Source: Methanobrevibacter sp.
GTDB lineage: Archaea; Methanobacteriota; Methanobacteria; Methanobacteriales; Methanobacteriaceae
DNA: 64,000 nt
Assembly: GCA_016838945.1 (NCBI GenBank)
Contig: JADLKP010000001.1
Coordinates: 1,608-65,607, forward strand
Direction of reading: 5' to 3'
The notes below the pieces were generated by a model that did not search any database, was not told the DNA's origin, and saw only the letters and a program-made list of their open reading frames with translations. The position numbers were made by a program, and so were the translations under genes. Below, one piece after another: positions 49,037 to 58,579 of this stretch (the first letter of the stretch is position 1; each line of letters starts with the position of its first letter).

Positions 49037-49746
49037 ATGGATGAAAAAGGGATAAAAGAAAAATTTGCTAAATTATTTGATGATCCTAATAGAAAAACTT
49101 TTAAAATAGCATTGGATAATTTAACTGGTGAATATGATGATTTAGAATTTAAAGAACAAGAGATTGATGTACATATATTGGCAAAAATATTTTAGGATTT
49201 GCAAATACATCTGGAGGAATCATATGTTTAGGTGTAAAGGAAAGTGAAGATGGCCTAATTCCAATCGGGATTGATAATAGTAGTGATTCTACAGATTTAA
49301 AGAAAAAATTATCTAAATATTTACCTTACAATTTAGATTATGAAATTCATCCAATTGATTATGTTGATGACGAATTCTGGGGGGATATACGAAATAAATC
49401 ATTTAAAATTATCACTGTTGAATACACTCCAGAAAATATTCTATTCATGCCAATGAAAGGTAGTGTGGATTATAAAAAAACAGATATTTTTTGCAGAAAA
49501 AATTCCAGTACTAATCGGTGCGAATATGAGGATTTACAAGATATTCTTAATAAAAGAATAACCTATAATCAAAATATTATAAATCTTAATCAGGAATTAA
49601 AAGAATTGGAAATTCTAATGGAACGTACTTCAATTCATTATAAACTATTTTATTCAATTAATCATTCTGATTTTTTAAAAATAATGTACAAATTTAAAGA
49701 AAAGAAAATAAAAAGAATAGAAAAATGTTTGCGGATAGATGATTAA
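49037..49746 (+). pseudogene. Schlafen/AlbA_2 domain protein split by a frameshift in A5 (49183-49187)
   Basis: GGGAGG SD; LEFKE then (-1 frame) NILGFANTSGGIICLGVKE; 236 aa when joined. Confidence 0.8.
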
Positions 49747-49975
49747 GATGATCTTGATATTATTTTTTCTTCTTCTATTATTAAAGTGATTTTAATATTA
49801 TTTGTATGTTATTATTTTTTGATTTATTAGAAAAAATTATTTTATCTTAATTCAAATCTTATATATAGTCATTTTGCTTGGGGAATCATTAGTCTTAAAA
49901 ATAAAAGAAAAACATTTAAGAATTATTTTAGGGTTTGAATTTTAATAAATAAAAAAATTTTTATCGGGTGTTTTT

Positions 49976-51820
49976 ATGGATTATGTTGAGTTTAATGATT
50001 ATAAAATGTGGAAATACAGTATATACGAAGAAAATGATAAATTTTTATTTGATGAAATTGTAACATGTATAGAAAATGAGGCATATAGGTCAGCATCTGT
50101 CATGATATGGGTTTTATGTGCAGAATCTTTATATAAAAAGCTTAATATATTATCTGAAAGTAATAAAGCACTTAAAAATGATTTAGATAAAAAATATTTG
50201 AAAAATAAAAATGAATTTGAATTATTAAATTTAGCTAAAGATTATAATTTAGTTAATGATGTCGAATATTCTCAATTAAATACTGTTAGGGAAGCTAGGA
50301 ATAACTATGCACACCCAAATTTTGAAGAACCTAATAAAAATGAAGTTTTATCTTCATTATTTTATATTACCCATATAGTTTTATCAAAATCACCTATGTA
50401 TTCATATACTTATGGTGAAAATTTAATAAAATCTCATTTATTATCAGATCCTTATTATTTAGGTAATAAAAATGATTATCAAATAAAAGATTTTGCTTCA
50501 GACTTTTTTAAAAGAGTAGATTCCAAATATTATAAATCATATTTAAAATTATTTTTTAGACTTACTGAAGATTTGCTTAAAGAGCATAATATAAAAAATC
50601 AAATGTGTTCTAATGTAGGATTGATTTTTATAAAAAATTTAATTCTTCTAGACTCTAATTTGTTAAAAAATATTAATGAATTTTTAGATAAGTATAAGAT
50701 TACTTCTTGCAATGTTTTTTCTGAAGAGGATATTTGGCAATTATTAGATGAAAATTCTAAATTTAGAGTTTTTAATTATTCATTTGATTTTCAAAATAAT
50801 ATTTTCACTGAAGTTGAATTTTTAAATAAATATTTCCCATTATATGAAAAAGATATGTTAGAAGTAAATTTAAAAGAAAAAATTGATGAATTTATTGATA
50901 AAAATCCACCCATATTGATTTTAAATTCTTCTTTACCTATTTTTAAGTTATATGAAAAAATTATTCATGATTTTAAATCATATGATTATTATATACAAAA
51001 TGATGTAGCTAAACTTTTGAAATCAATAGATTTAACATTGTTTGAGAAAAATCAACTAGAAGAAATTGGCAGAAATTTATTACAAGCAGCGGATGGAGGG
51101 TCTTGGACTTCTAAAAGGATTTTAAATTTCTATTTGGATAATATGGGGGATGAAAAAATTCCAATTTCTCTAATTAGGGGAATTCTTTTTGAAGTATTTA
51201 TAAATGAAAACAATGAATTTAGATTTAAAGAAAAACATTCCACCAATGTTTTAATTAATGTCTTAAATGATAAATCTTGTAATTCAATGGTAGAAGACTT
51301 ATTAGAATTAATTAAACATTCAATAATAAAAAATAATTATTTTTATCATTATGATTTTGCAATTAAAAAAATTAATTTATTAAATGAACAAGAAAAGGTA
51401 AAACATTTGGAGGATTTAATTAATTCTATACAAATTTCACGATGTTATAGTATTAATAAGATTTTTGAAGAGGATAACTCTGCATTATTTATATTGCCGG
51501 AAAAAGAGATTATTTATCCTCATATTTTTAGTTGCTTGAAAAGGGAAAATAAAGCAAGATTTATAAATTTTTCTAAGGAAAATATTTTCGATTTTATAAA
51601 ATTTTTCGCTAATACAAGATATTCCCAAAAGGAATCAAAATATATATCAATAGATTTAGAATGGAATTTATTGAGCCAATTTATTGATTTAAATGATTTA
51701 AAAGAGATTTTAGAAAAAAATTTAGAAGATGATAATCTTTATTTTAAAGAAAGGTATTTGGGAGAGTATTTTTTAGATAATTATTTGTATCATATTGATG
51801 AAACTGAGGATGATATATAA
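49976..51820 (+). CDS. Hypothetical protein with N-terminal HEPN-like domain
   Basis: AYRSASVMIW..E..REARNNYAHPN (RxxxxH); remainder unrecognised. Confidence 0.6.
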   Translation: MDYVEFNDYKMWKYSIYEENDKFLFDEIVTCIENEAYRSASVMIWVLCAESLYKKLNILSESNKALKNDLDKKYLKNKNEFELLNLAKDYNLVNDVEYSQLNTVREARNNYAHPNFEEPNKNEVLSSLFYITHIVLSKSPMYSYTYGENLIKSHLLSDPYYLGNKNDYQIKDFASDFFKRVDSKYYKSYLKLFFRLTEDLLKEHNIKNQMCSNVGLIFIKNLILLDSNLLKNINEFLDKYKITSCNVFSEEDIWQLLDENSKFRVFNYSFDFQNNIFTEVEFLNKYFPLYEKDMLEVNLKEKIDEFIDKNPPILILNSSLPIFKLYEKIIHDFKSYDYYIQNDVAKLLKSIDLTLFEKNQLEEIGRNLLQAADGGSWTSKRILNFYLDNMGDEKIPISLIRGILFEVFINENNEFRFKEKHSTNVLINVLNDKSCNSMVEDLLELIKHSIIKNNYFYHYDFAIKKINLLNEQEKVKHLEDLINSIQISRCYSINKIFEEDNSALFILPEKEIIYPHIFSCLKRENKARFINFSKENIFDFIKFFANTRYSQKESKYISIDLEWNLLSQFIDLNDLKEILEKNLEDDNLYFKERYLGEYFLDNYLYHIDETEDDI

Positions 51821-52016
51821 GTTAATAAATTAATTATTTTTAAAATTTAGAATAATCAAAGTATTATTTGACTGGAAATATAATTTTACATTACTGAGAT
51901 GTGTTTTCCAAAATTTATTATAGTTTTTTGTATTTTCTTATTTTTCAAATGCTCTCTTAATATTTATTAACTATCTAAACTAAATTATAATTAGAACTAA
52001 TTGAGGAATTTTTATC

Positions 52017-52955
52017 ATGCAGTATGACCTTTCGAATAATCCCGTCTTTGAAGCTAAACCTTTTTTAAAATGGGCTGGAGGAAAAAAACAATTAATTGAA
52101 ACCATTGAATCTAAGTTTCCTGATGAAATTAAATCATCAAGGAAAATAGAAAAATACTTTGAACCTTTTGTCGGAGGAGGTGCTTTATTTTTCTATTTGA
52201 TGTCTAATTATCATATTAGCGAAGCTTATATTTATGATATCAATAGGGAACTTATTTTAACTTATGATGCTATTAAAAATAATCCTAATGAATTAATTGA
52301 AGAGCTTAAAAGTCTTTCTGAGGAATATATTCCTAAAAGCCAAGATGAAAGAAAAGAAATGTATTTAGATATTAGGCAAAAATTCAATGATGCTATTCCT
52401 GATTTTGATTTTAAAAATTATAATGAAGATTACATTCAGAGGGCAGCATATACTATTTTTATGAATAAAACATGTTTTAATGGTTTATTTAGATTAAATC
52501 GAAATATGGAATTTAATGTTCCTCATGGAAGATATAAAAAGCCATTGATATGTGATGATGAAAATATTCGTAATGTATCTAAAGTTCTTCAGCATACTAC
52601 AATAGTTTGTGGTAGCTTTTTAGAATCAGAGGATTTAATTGATGATAAATCTCTTGTTTATTTGGATCCTCCTTATAGGCCAATTAGCAACACTTCTAAT
52701 TTCAATACATATGCAGGCAATGATTTTAATGATGACAGTCAAAGGGAATTGGGAGAGTACTATAAAAGAATTTCCAATAAGGGAGCAAAAGCTATTTTAA
52801 GTAATTCAGACCCTAAAAATGTAGATGAAAATGATAATTTCTTTGATGATATTTATGCAGGTTATACTATAGATAGAGTTTATGCAAAAAGATCTATTAA
52901 TTCCAATGCTTCTAAAAGAGGAGCTATTACTGAGATTTTAGTTAGAAATTATTAA
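52017..52955 (+). CDS. dam: Dam/DpnM-type N6-adenine DNA methyltransferase (GATC)
   Basis: PFLKWAGGK, YFEPFVGGGA, NKTCFNGLFR.N..EFNVPHG and DPPY motifs. Confidence 0.93.
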   Translation: MQYDLSNNPVFEAKPFLKWAGGKKQLIETIESKFPDEIKSSRKIEKYFEPFVGGGALFFYLMSNYHISEAYIYDINRELILTYDAIKNNPNELIEELKSLSEEYIPKSQDERKEMYLDIRQKFNDAIPDFDFKNYNEDYIQRAAYTIFMNKTCFNGLFRLNRNMEFNVPHGRYKKPLICDDENIRNVSKVLQHTTIVCGSFLESEDLIDDKSLVYLDPPYRPISNTSNFNTYAGNDFNDDSQRELGEYYKRISNKGAKAILSNSDPKNVDENDNFFDDIYAGYTIDRVYAKRSINSNASKRGAITEILVRNY

Positions 52956-52999
52956 TTTTTTATATAAATTTATATATCATTTAATCAAGATCTTTAAAC

Positions 53000-53851
53000 A
53001 TGGTTAAATATGCATCATTAGGTTACGAATCATTAGATGATTATAATCAAGATTTTTTTGGTACTTTATTAGAAACTAATCATACTTATGAATTCTTTGT
53101 TAATTGGAAAAAAGTTTTTAATAATTTAGAAGATTATATTATTGAAATTAGTATTTTAAATAGTCTAAATAAGGTTGAATTAACTAAAGTTGAGCCTCAT
53201 TTTAGAGAAATCTTAAGGAAATATCCTAATGTTTTAAAGGTGTTACCAACAATTTTAGCTATTCGTGATAAAAGAGTAGATGTTTTGGATATTGAAGAAA
53301 ATGAGTTTAAAGTTGTTGATTTCTCTAATGAACAATTTGATGTTGATGAGGTTGTAGATTTTTGTAAAAAATCCGGATTATTAGATTTATTTTCTAAAAT
53401 TGATGATTTATATTCTTATCTTGTTGGAACTGAAGTTGGATTAGATACCAATGGCCGAAAAAATAGAAGTGGGCATGTTTTTGAAGATATTGTTGGAGAA
53501 TTACTTGCTAAAAAAATAGAGAATCATCCAGAATATCGTTTAGGAAAGGAAGAAACAATTAGATTTCAAAGAACAAAGCGTTGGGATTATGTAATTTATT
53601 ATAATAATATTCCTAAATATTTATTTGAGTGTAATTTTTATAATGGAACTGGTAGTAAACCTATTGAAGTTGCTAATGCTTATGTAGATTTACAGAATCA
53701 AATTAATGATTCTCATTTAACATTTATATGGGTAACAGATGGAAAAGGTTGGAGAAAGATGGATAAAGCTTTAAAAGAAGTTTCTCCTGGAATAGATTAT
53801 ATTGTTAATTATAATATTTTGAGTAAATCAATAGATAAGATTTTATTCTGA
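53000..53851 (+). CDS. DpnII/MboI-like type II restriction endonuclease
   Basis: VGTEVGLDTNGRKNRSG, KRWDY and ECNFYNGTGSK motifs; adjacent to the MTase. Confidence 0.9.
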   Translation: MVKYASLGYESLDDYNQDFFGTLLETNHTYEFFVNWKKVFNNLEDYIIEISILNSLNKVELTKVEPHFREILRKYPNVLKVLPTILAIRDKRVDVLDIEENEFKVVDFSNEQFDVDEVVDFCKKSGLLDLFSKIDDLYSYLVGTEVGLDTNGRKNRSGHVFEDIVGELLAKKIENHPEYRLGKEETIRFQRTKRWDYVIYYNNIPKYLFECNFYNGTGSKPIEVANAYVDLQNQINDSHLTFIWVTDGKGWRKMDKALKEVSPGIDYIVNYNILSKSIDKILF

Positions 53852-53979
53852 ATGTCTATCATTAAAATCAATTAAGTATAATTTTTTAAATTTCAGGTGT
53901 TTTTTATGGTTAAAAAAAGAAAACAGATATTAAATATCTTGATTTTATTAAGAAATAATTAAAAATGTAGGAGTTAATT

Positions 53980-55178
53980 ATGATTACATTGTTTAATATG
54001 AATTCCAATTTATATGATTATACCGAAAATATAAAAAGAAACATTGATGAAAGAATTAAGTCTATGGATGATATTGAAATATTATCAAATAATGAAAATG
54101 ATTGCATTCAATATTTGATAAAATTATTCAAAGTTGATTTTATAGAGTTGTATCCTGATGAAATATCATACGCTAAAAAATCAAAAAAGATTTATAAAAA
54201 AGATTTACCAAGAAAAATTTCATTTAATCCTTATGAAAAAGTAGAAGTTCCCAGTATTGTTCTCAGTGTTCCTTTCAAGGGTGATATGGACTTATTAATC
54301 TATCGCCCAAGTCGTTTTCAGTTACCTCCAAATAATTTTTATATTGAAAATGGGAGTATTTGTTTTGATTTATTAAAATTAAATAATGATTCTGAAGGTT
54401 TTAAAAGAGAAGTAAATAAGTCAAAGGATTATTTAACTATAATGTTTGAAAATATGAATAATGATATTGTAAAAATTAATCAAGATTTGGAAATTTATAT
54501 AAAAAATGCTTTTAAAAATAAAAAAGAAAATTTAATAAAGGAAAATGATTTTTTTGTTTCATTAGATATTCCAGAATCTAATTCAGGAAAAATTAATAAA
54601 AAAACTTATTCAATTCCAATAAATTATCAAAATAAAATTTCAATTAATTTTGAAAAACTTTCTAAATTAAATCCTACTTTAGATTATAATACTTATAAAG
54701 AAATACTTACTTCTATCTATAAATACTGTTCCTCTTTTGAACAGCATCCAGAAACATGTAAACATCATGATGAAGAAGGCATACGTGATTTGGTATTAGC
54801 TCATTTAAGTTCAATTATTGATGAAAGTGTGACCGCTGAATCAATAAATAAATCTGGTAAAACAGATATTCTAATTAAACATGGTATTTCTAATATTTTT
54901 GTTTCAGAATGTAAAATTTGGTATGGGAAAAAGGTTATCTTAAAGCAATTGACCAATTATTAAGTTATTTAACTTGGAAGGATTCAAAAACAACAATAAT
55001 TATCTTTGTAAGAAATCAAGGGATTAATCATGTTCTTAATGAGATAGAAAAATATACTAAAACTCATAATAATTTTAATAAATTTAATGGACGCTTTGAG
55101 AAAAATTGGTTTGAGTACGAATTTTTTAATGAAGATATTGAGTTTATTTTATCAGTTTTAGTTTTTAAGATTGATTAA
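53980..55178 (+). pseudogene. PD-(D/E)XK nuclease-domain protein split by a frameshift at GGGAAAAA (54925-54932)
   Basis: GKTDILI..SECKIWYG then (-1 frame) EKGYLKAIDQLLSYLTW reads as one continuous domain. Confidence 0.7.
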
Positions 55179-55430
55179 GTATAAATAAAGAAAATCATTC
55201 TTAGAAAACATCATTTAACATTAGCTAAGAATATAAAAATTTCAGATCTCAGATAATTTAATTTTTTGAGAAAAGTTTTAATAAATTTAAAACGATTAAT
55301 TTATAATTTTGAAGTATTTTTTCTATTTTCACATGTTTTTTTTAAAAAATTTTATAAGTTTATAAATAGTAAACTATATATTAATTATAGTTTTAAAACA
55401 AATAGTTTTATTTATAAATAGGGGGGTTTA

Positions 55431-57818
55431 ATTATTTTAAAACAAGGCTTTGAAAAGGTATTAAGAGAATATCTTGATGCTAAAGAGAGTATAGGCACAA
55501 CAAATGCACCAATAGCTCATTTTATTAATCATGATTTTAAAAAAGATCTTGAAGAACTTATTGATTTAGAAAAAATTTATGTTTCATCATCTTCTGGTAG
55601 AGGAAATTTATCAGATGTTCCATGGATTTCTTGTACTTCTTATGGACAAAATTTAGGGGTGGATATCACATATTTATTTAAATCCGACATGACTGGTTTT
55701 TATTTGACTTTAAGAGTTTTTTATAATCACAATTTTAAAATTTCATCTATAAATTCTAAATATTATGTTAAAGCCAAGGCAGATTCAATTAGAGATTTTT
55801 TAACAAAATATAACTTTAACAATTCTGACTTTTTATTCAACATTGATTTATGTAGTGATAATATTTTATCAACTATTCATGAATCAGGCACTATTTTGGC
55901 TAAATATTACGATTCACAGGATATTCCATCTGAAAAAGAATTAATAAATGATTTAAATTTTTTCATTGATTTAAATGAATTTATTTTTGAGAATTATAAT
56001 AATGATATAGATATTTCTAATGAGGAATGGTTAGATGCTTTATCTAACACTGATGTAATTAATACAGAAATGTTTAGCATAATGAAAATTCTCACAGAAA
56101 ATGATGATTATACCTCTACTTTTGAGGAAATTTCTGAAAAAATGAAGCTCTTAGGCTTTGATAATTTAAATATTTTTACAACTGTAGTTATTAATTCCCT
56201 AAACGTGAAAAAATATTTGAAAAAAAGAAAAATTCTAGATTCAGATAATAATGATTTGTTTTGGATGGTATTTTTTAATTGGGATATAGTTAAAGATCAT
56301 AAATTAGTTTTAAGGGATGATCTTATAGAAATTTTTAAAAATAACTTTGAAATTATTGAGGAAAATAGAATGAATTATGAAATTGAAAAGAATGGTATTT
56401 CTTTCTATAATTATCTTTTGAAAGAAAATTATTATTTTGATAAAGAGTTAATTGAGAATTTTTTACTTTCTTTAAAGATTAAGCCTTTTATACTTTGTGT
56501 AGGAAATTCAGGTACTGGTAAGACAAAATTGTCTCAGTTATTTGCTAAATATTTAATCGAAAAAACTTTAAAAAATAAAAACGGGGAAACTTATTCTGTG
56601 GGTGATGAATCAAAATCTTTTTTAGCATCAGTTAAAGTTGGTAAATCTGCAATTAATAAAGGATGGGCGATCCCAAGAGAAGATAGTATAAATTTAATAC
56701 CAAAGATGAATTGTGAAGAGTCTTTTCCTGCTTTAATAGATGGAATTCCTGCTAAAGGAAAAATTAATTTTAATGTAAGATTTTTCTATGAAACTGATGA
56801 CAAAGTGAAAAATCATCTTAAAAAATTAGCTGATGAAAATCCTAATCAAAGAATAACTTTGAAGTTAGATGTTCCTTCTGAATTAACTGAAAAAGAAACT
56901 AAAATGTTAGAAGATAAGTATTATGATTCAAATTACAAAATAATCCCAGTAGGTGCCAATTGGACTGAAAACAGACACATAGTAGGCTACTACAATGTAA
57001 TCACAAACGAATACCAATCCACACCTGCATATGACTTAATAAAAGCAGCAAACAACTCTACAGAACCACATTTCCTCATACTAGACGAAATGAACCTATC
57101 ACATGTAGAACGCTATTTCGCCGACTTCCTATCAGCTATTGAAAGTAAAGAGAAAATCCCACTATACGGAGAGGAGGAACTAACACTACCTCAAAACCTA
57201 TTCATCATAGGTACAGTAAACGTAGATGAAACCACATACATGTTCTCTCCAAAAGTCTTGGATCGTGCCAATGTCATAGAATTCGAGACCTATTCTGCTA
57301 TTGATTATATGAACAATGGAATCAATCTGCTCTCTCCAAGCGGAAACATATCATATCTCGAAGACCCATTGGCAGGAAATCATATTCGTGATTATGGAAT
57401 AGGTGAATTAAGAGACTTATTCATTGAAGTCACTGCAGAGGAACAATCATTCTGGAACATATTGACAGAGGAAATATTCTCTTTCCAATCCATATTAAAG
57501 GAATCCGGATTTGATTTTGGATTTAGAGTCATAAACGAAATGGTTCGCTTCATGGCTGTAGCTTGGGAATATGAGGACAAGCCACTTAATTTTACAAACT
57601 GGACTCGCTACTTTGATGCCTGCATAAAGCAAAAGCTACTTCCTAAATTGCATGGTTCTGAAAAGATCATTGGAGAAACATTGGATGAATTATACAAAAA
57701 ATGCTTAAGCAGTGCTGTAGAGACGGAAGATATGGCTAAATATCCTGAATCCTATAAAAAATTAAAGGAAATGAGGGAAGTGTTAAGAAAGCAACGTTAT
57801 GTCTCATTCATAAATTAA
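55431..57818 (+). CDS. mcrB: McrB-family GTPase with N-terminal DUF3578-like domain (probable ATT start)
   Basis: GNSGTGKT, LDEMNL and GTVNVDETT..FSPKVLDRAN motifs; frame open 76 codons upstream of the called GTG, including GRGNLSDVPWI. Confidence 0.85.
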   Translation: MILKQGFEKVLREYLDAKESIGTTNAPIAHFINHDFKKDLEELIDLEKIYVSSSSGRGNLSDVPWISCTSYGQNLGVDITYLFKSDMTGFYLTLRVFYNHNFKISSINSKYYVKAKADSIRDFLTKYNFNNSDFLFNIDLCSDNILSTIHESGTILAKYYDSQDIPSEKELINDLNFFIDLNEFIFENYNNDIDISNEEWLDALSNTDVINTEMFSIMKILTENDDYTSTFEEISEKMKLLGFDNLNIFTTVVINSLNVKKYLKKRKILDSDNNDLFWMVFFNWDIVKDHKLVLRDDLIEIFKNNFEIIEENRMNYEIEKNGISFYNYLLKENYYFDKELIENFLLSLKIKPFILCVGNSGTGKTKLSQLFAKYLIEKTLKNKNGETYSVGDESKSFLASVKVGKSAINKGWAIPREDSINLIPKMNCEESFPALIDGIPAKGKINFNVRFFYETDDKVKNHLKKLADENPNQRITLKLDVPSELTEKETKMLEDKYYDSNYKIIPVGANWTENRHIVGYYNVITNEYQSTPAYDLIKAANNSTEPHFLILDEMNLSHVERYFADFLSAIESKEKIPLYGEEELTLPQNLFIIGTVNVDETTYMFSPKVLDRANVIEFETYSAIDYMNNGINLLSPSGNISYLEDPLAGNHIRDYGIGELRDLFIEVTAEEQSFWNILTEEIFSFQSILKESGFDFGFRVINEMVRFMAVAWEYEDKPLNFTNWTRYFDACIKQKLLPKLHGSEKIIGETLDELYKKCLSSAVETEDMAKYPESYKKLKEMREVLRKQRYVSFIN

Positions 57819-58019
57819 TATTTTCATGTAAAATGTAGTGTATATTAAAAATTATTTCAATATTGTTATTATTTTACGAAATAAAGTAAATATTGTGGTT
57901 ATTTTTTTAAAAAAACTTATATACTACTTTTTACACACCTATTTTTACTTCTATACTTTTTAATTTGATTTTTAGAAAAATATTTATAGTATACTCAGTA
58001 TACTATTATTTGTGATATC

Positions 58020-58283
58020 ATGATGACTAAAACTATTAAAATATCTCAAGATACCCATAAATCCTTATCTGACTTGGCATCAAAAAATGATACATTCAAT
58101 GATGTCATAAGATTTTTAATTGATTATTATAAATCAAATGAGGAATTCACTGATGAAGAAGCGGAATTTTATAATAGGGAGATAGAAAAATTCGAAAATG
58201 ATGATTTGGAAAATCTTAACGAATTAAGTTTAAAAAGTTTAGAGGAAAGAATAAGCAAGTTGGAAAATGAGATAAAAAAATGA
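58020..58283 (+). CDS. RHH-type antitoxin
   Basis: TKTIKISQDTHKSL..DTFNDVIRFLI; acidic tail; overlaps the toxin gene. Confidence 0.75.
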   Translation: MMTKTIKISQDTHKSLSDLASKNDTFNDVIRFLIDYYKSNEEFTDEEAEFYNREIEKFENDDLENLNELSLKSLEERISKLENEIKK

Positions 58284-58564
58284 GTTATAAACTTTTTGAG
58301 CATGATAGAGTAATAAAATTTTTTAAGAAACATAAAAAGGATAAAGAATTGTTATTAAGAATTCATAAAAAATATTTAAAAATTCTGGAAAACCCATATG
58401 ATTCTAGTTTTAAAGAATTAACTAGCATTAAATGCCCAAAATGTCATCGTGCTAGAGTTGGGGATTATAGGATAATATTTTATGTTAGCGAGAGAAAAAA
58501 GCAAATAGAAATAATTGACATTATTGCTCGTAAGGATAATTACAAACTATTTTCAATTATTTGA
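58280..58564 (+). CDS. RelE/ParE-family toxin
   Basis: ENPY..KEL..HRARVGDYRIIF..IEIIDI..R. Confidence 0.85.
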   Translation: MSYKLFEHDRVIKFFKKHKKDKELLLRIHKKYLKILENPYDSSFKELTSIKCPKCHRARVGDYRIIFYVSERKKQIEIIDIIARKDNYKLFSII

Positions 58565-58579
58565 ATTCATGGTAATAAT

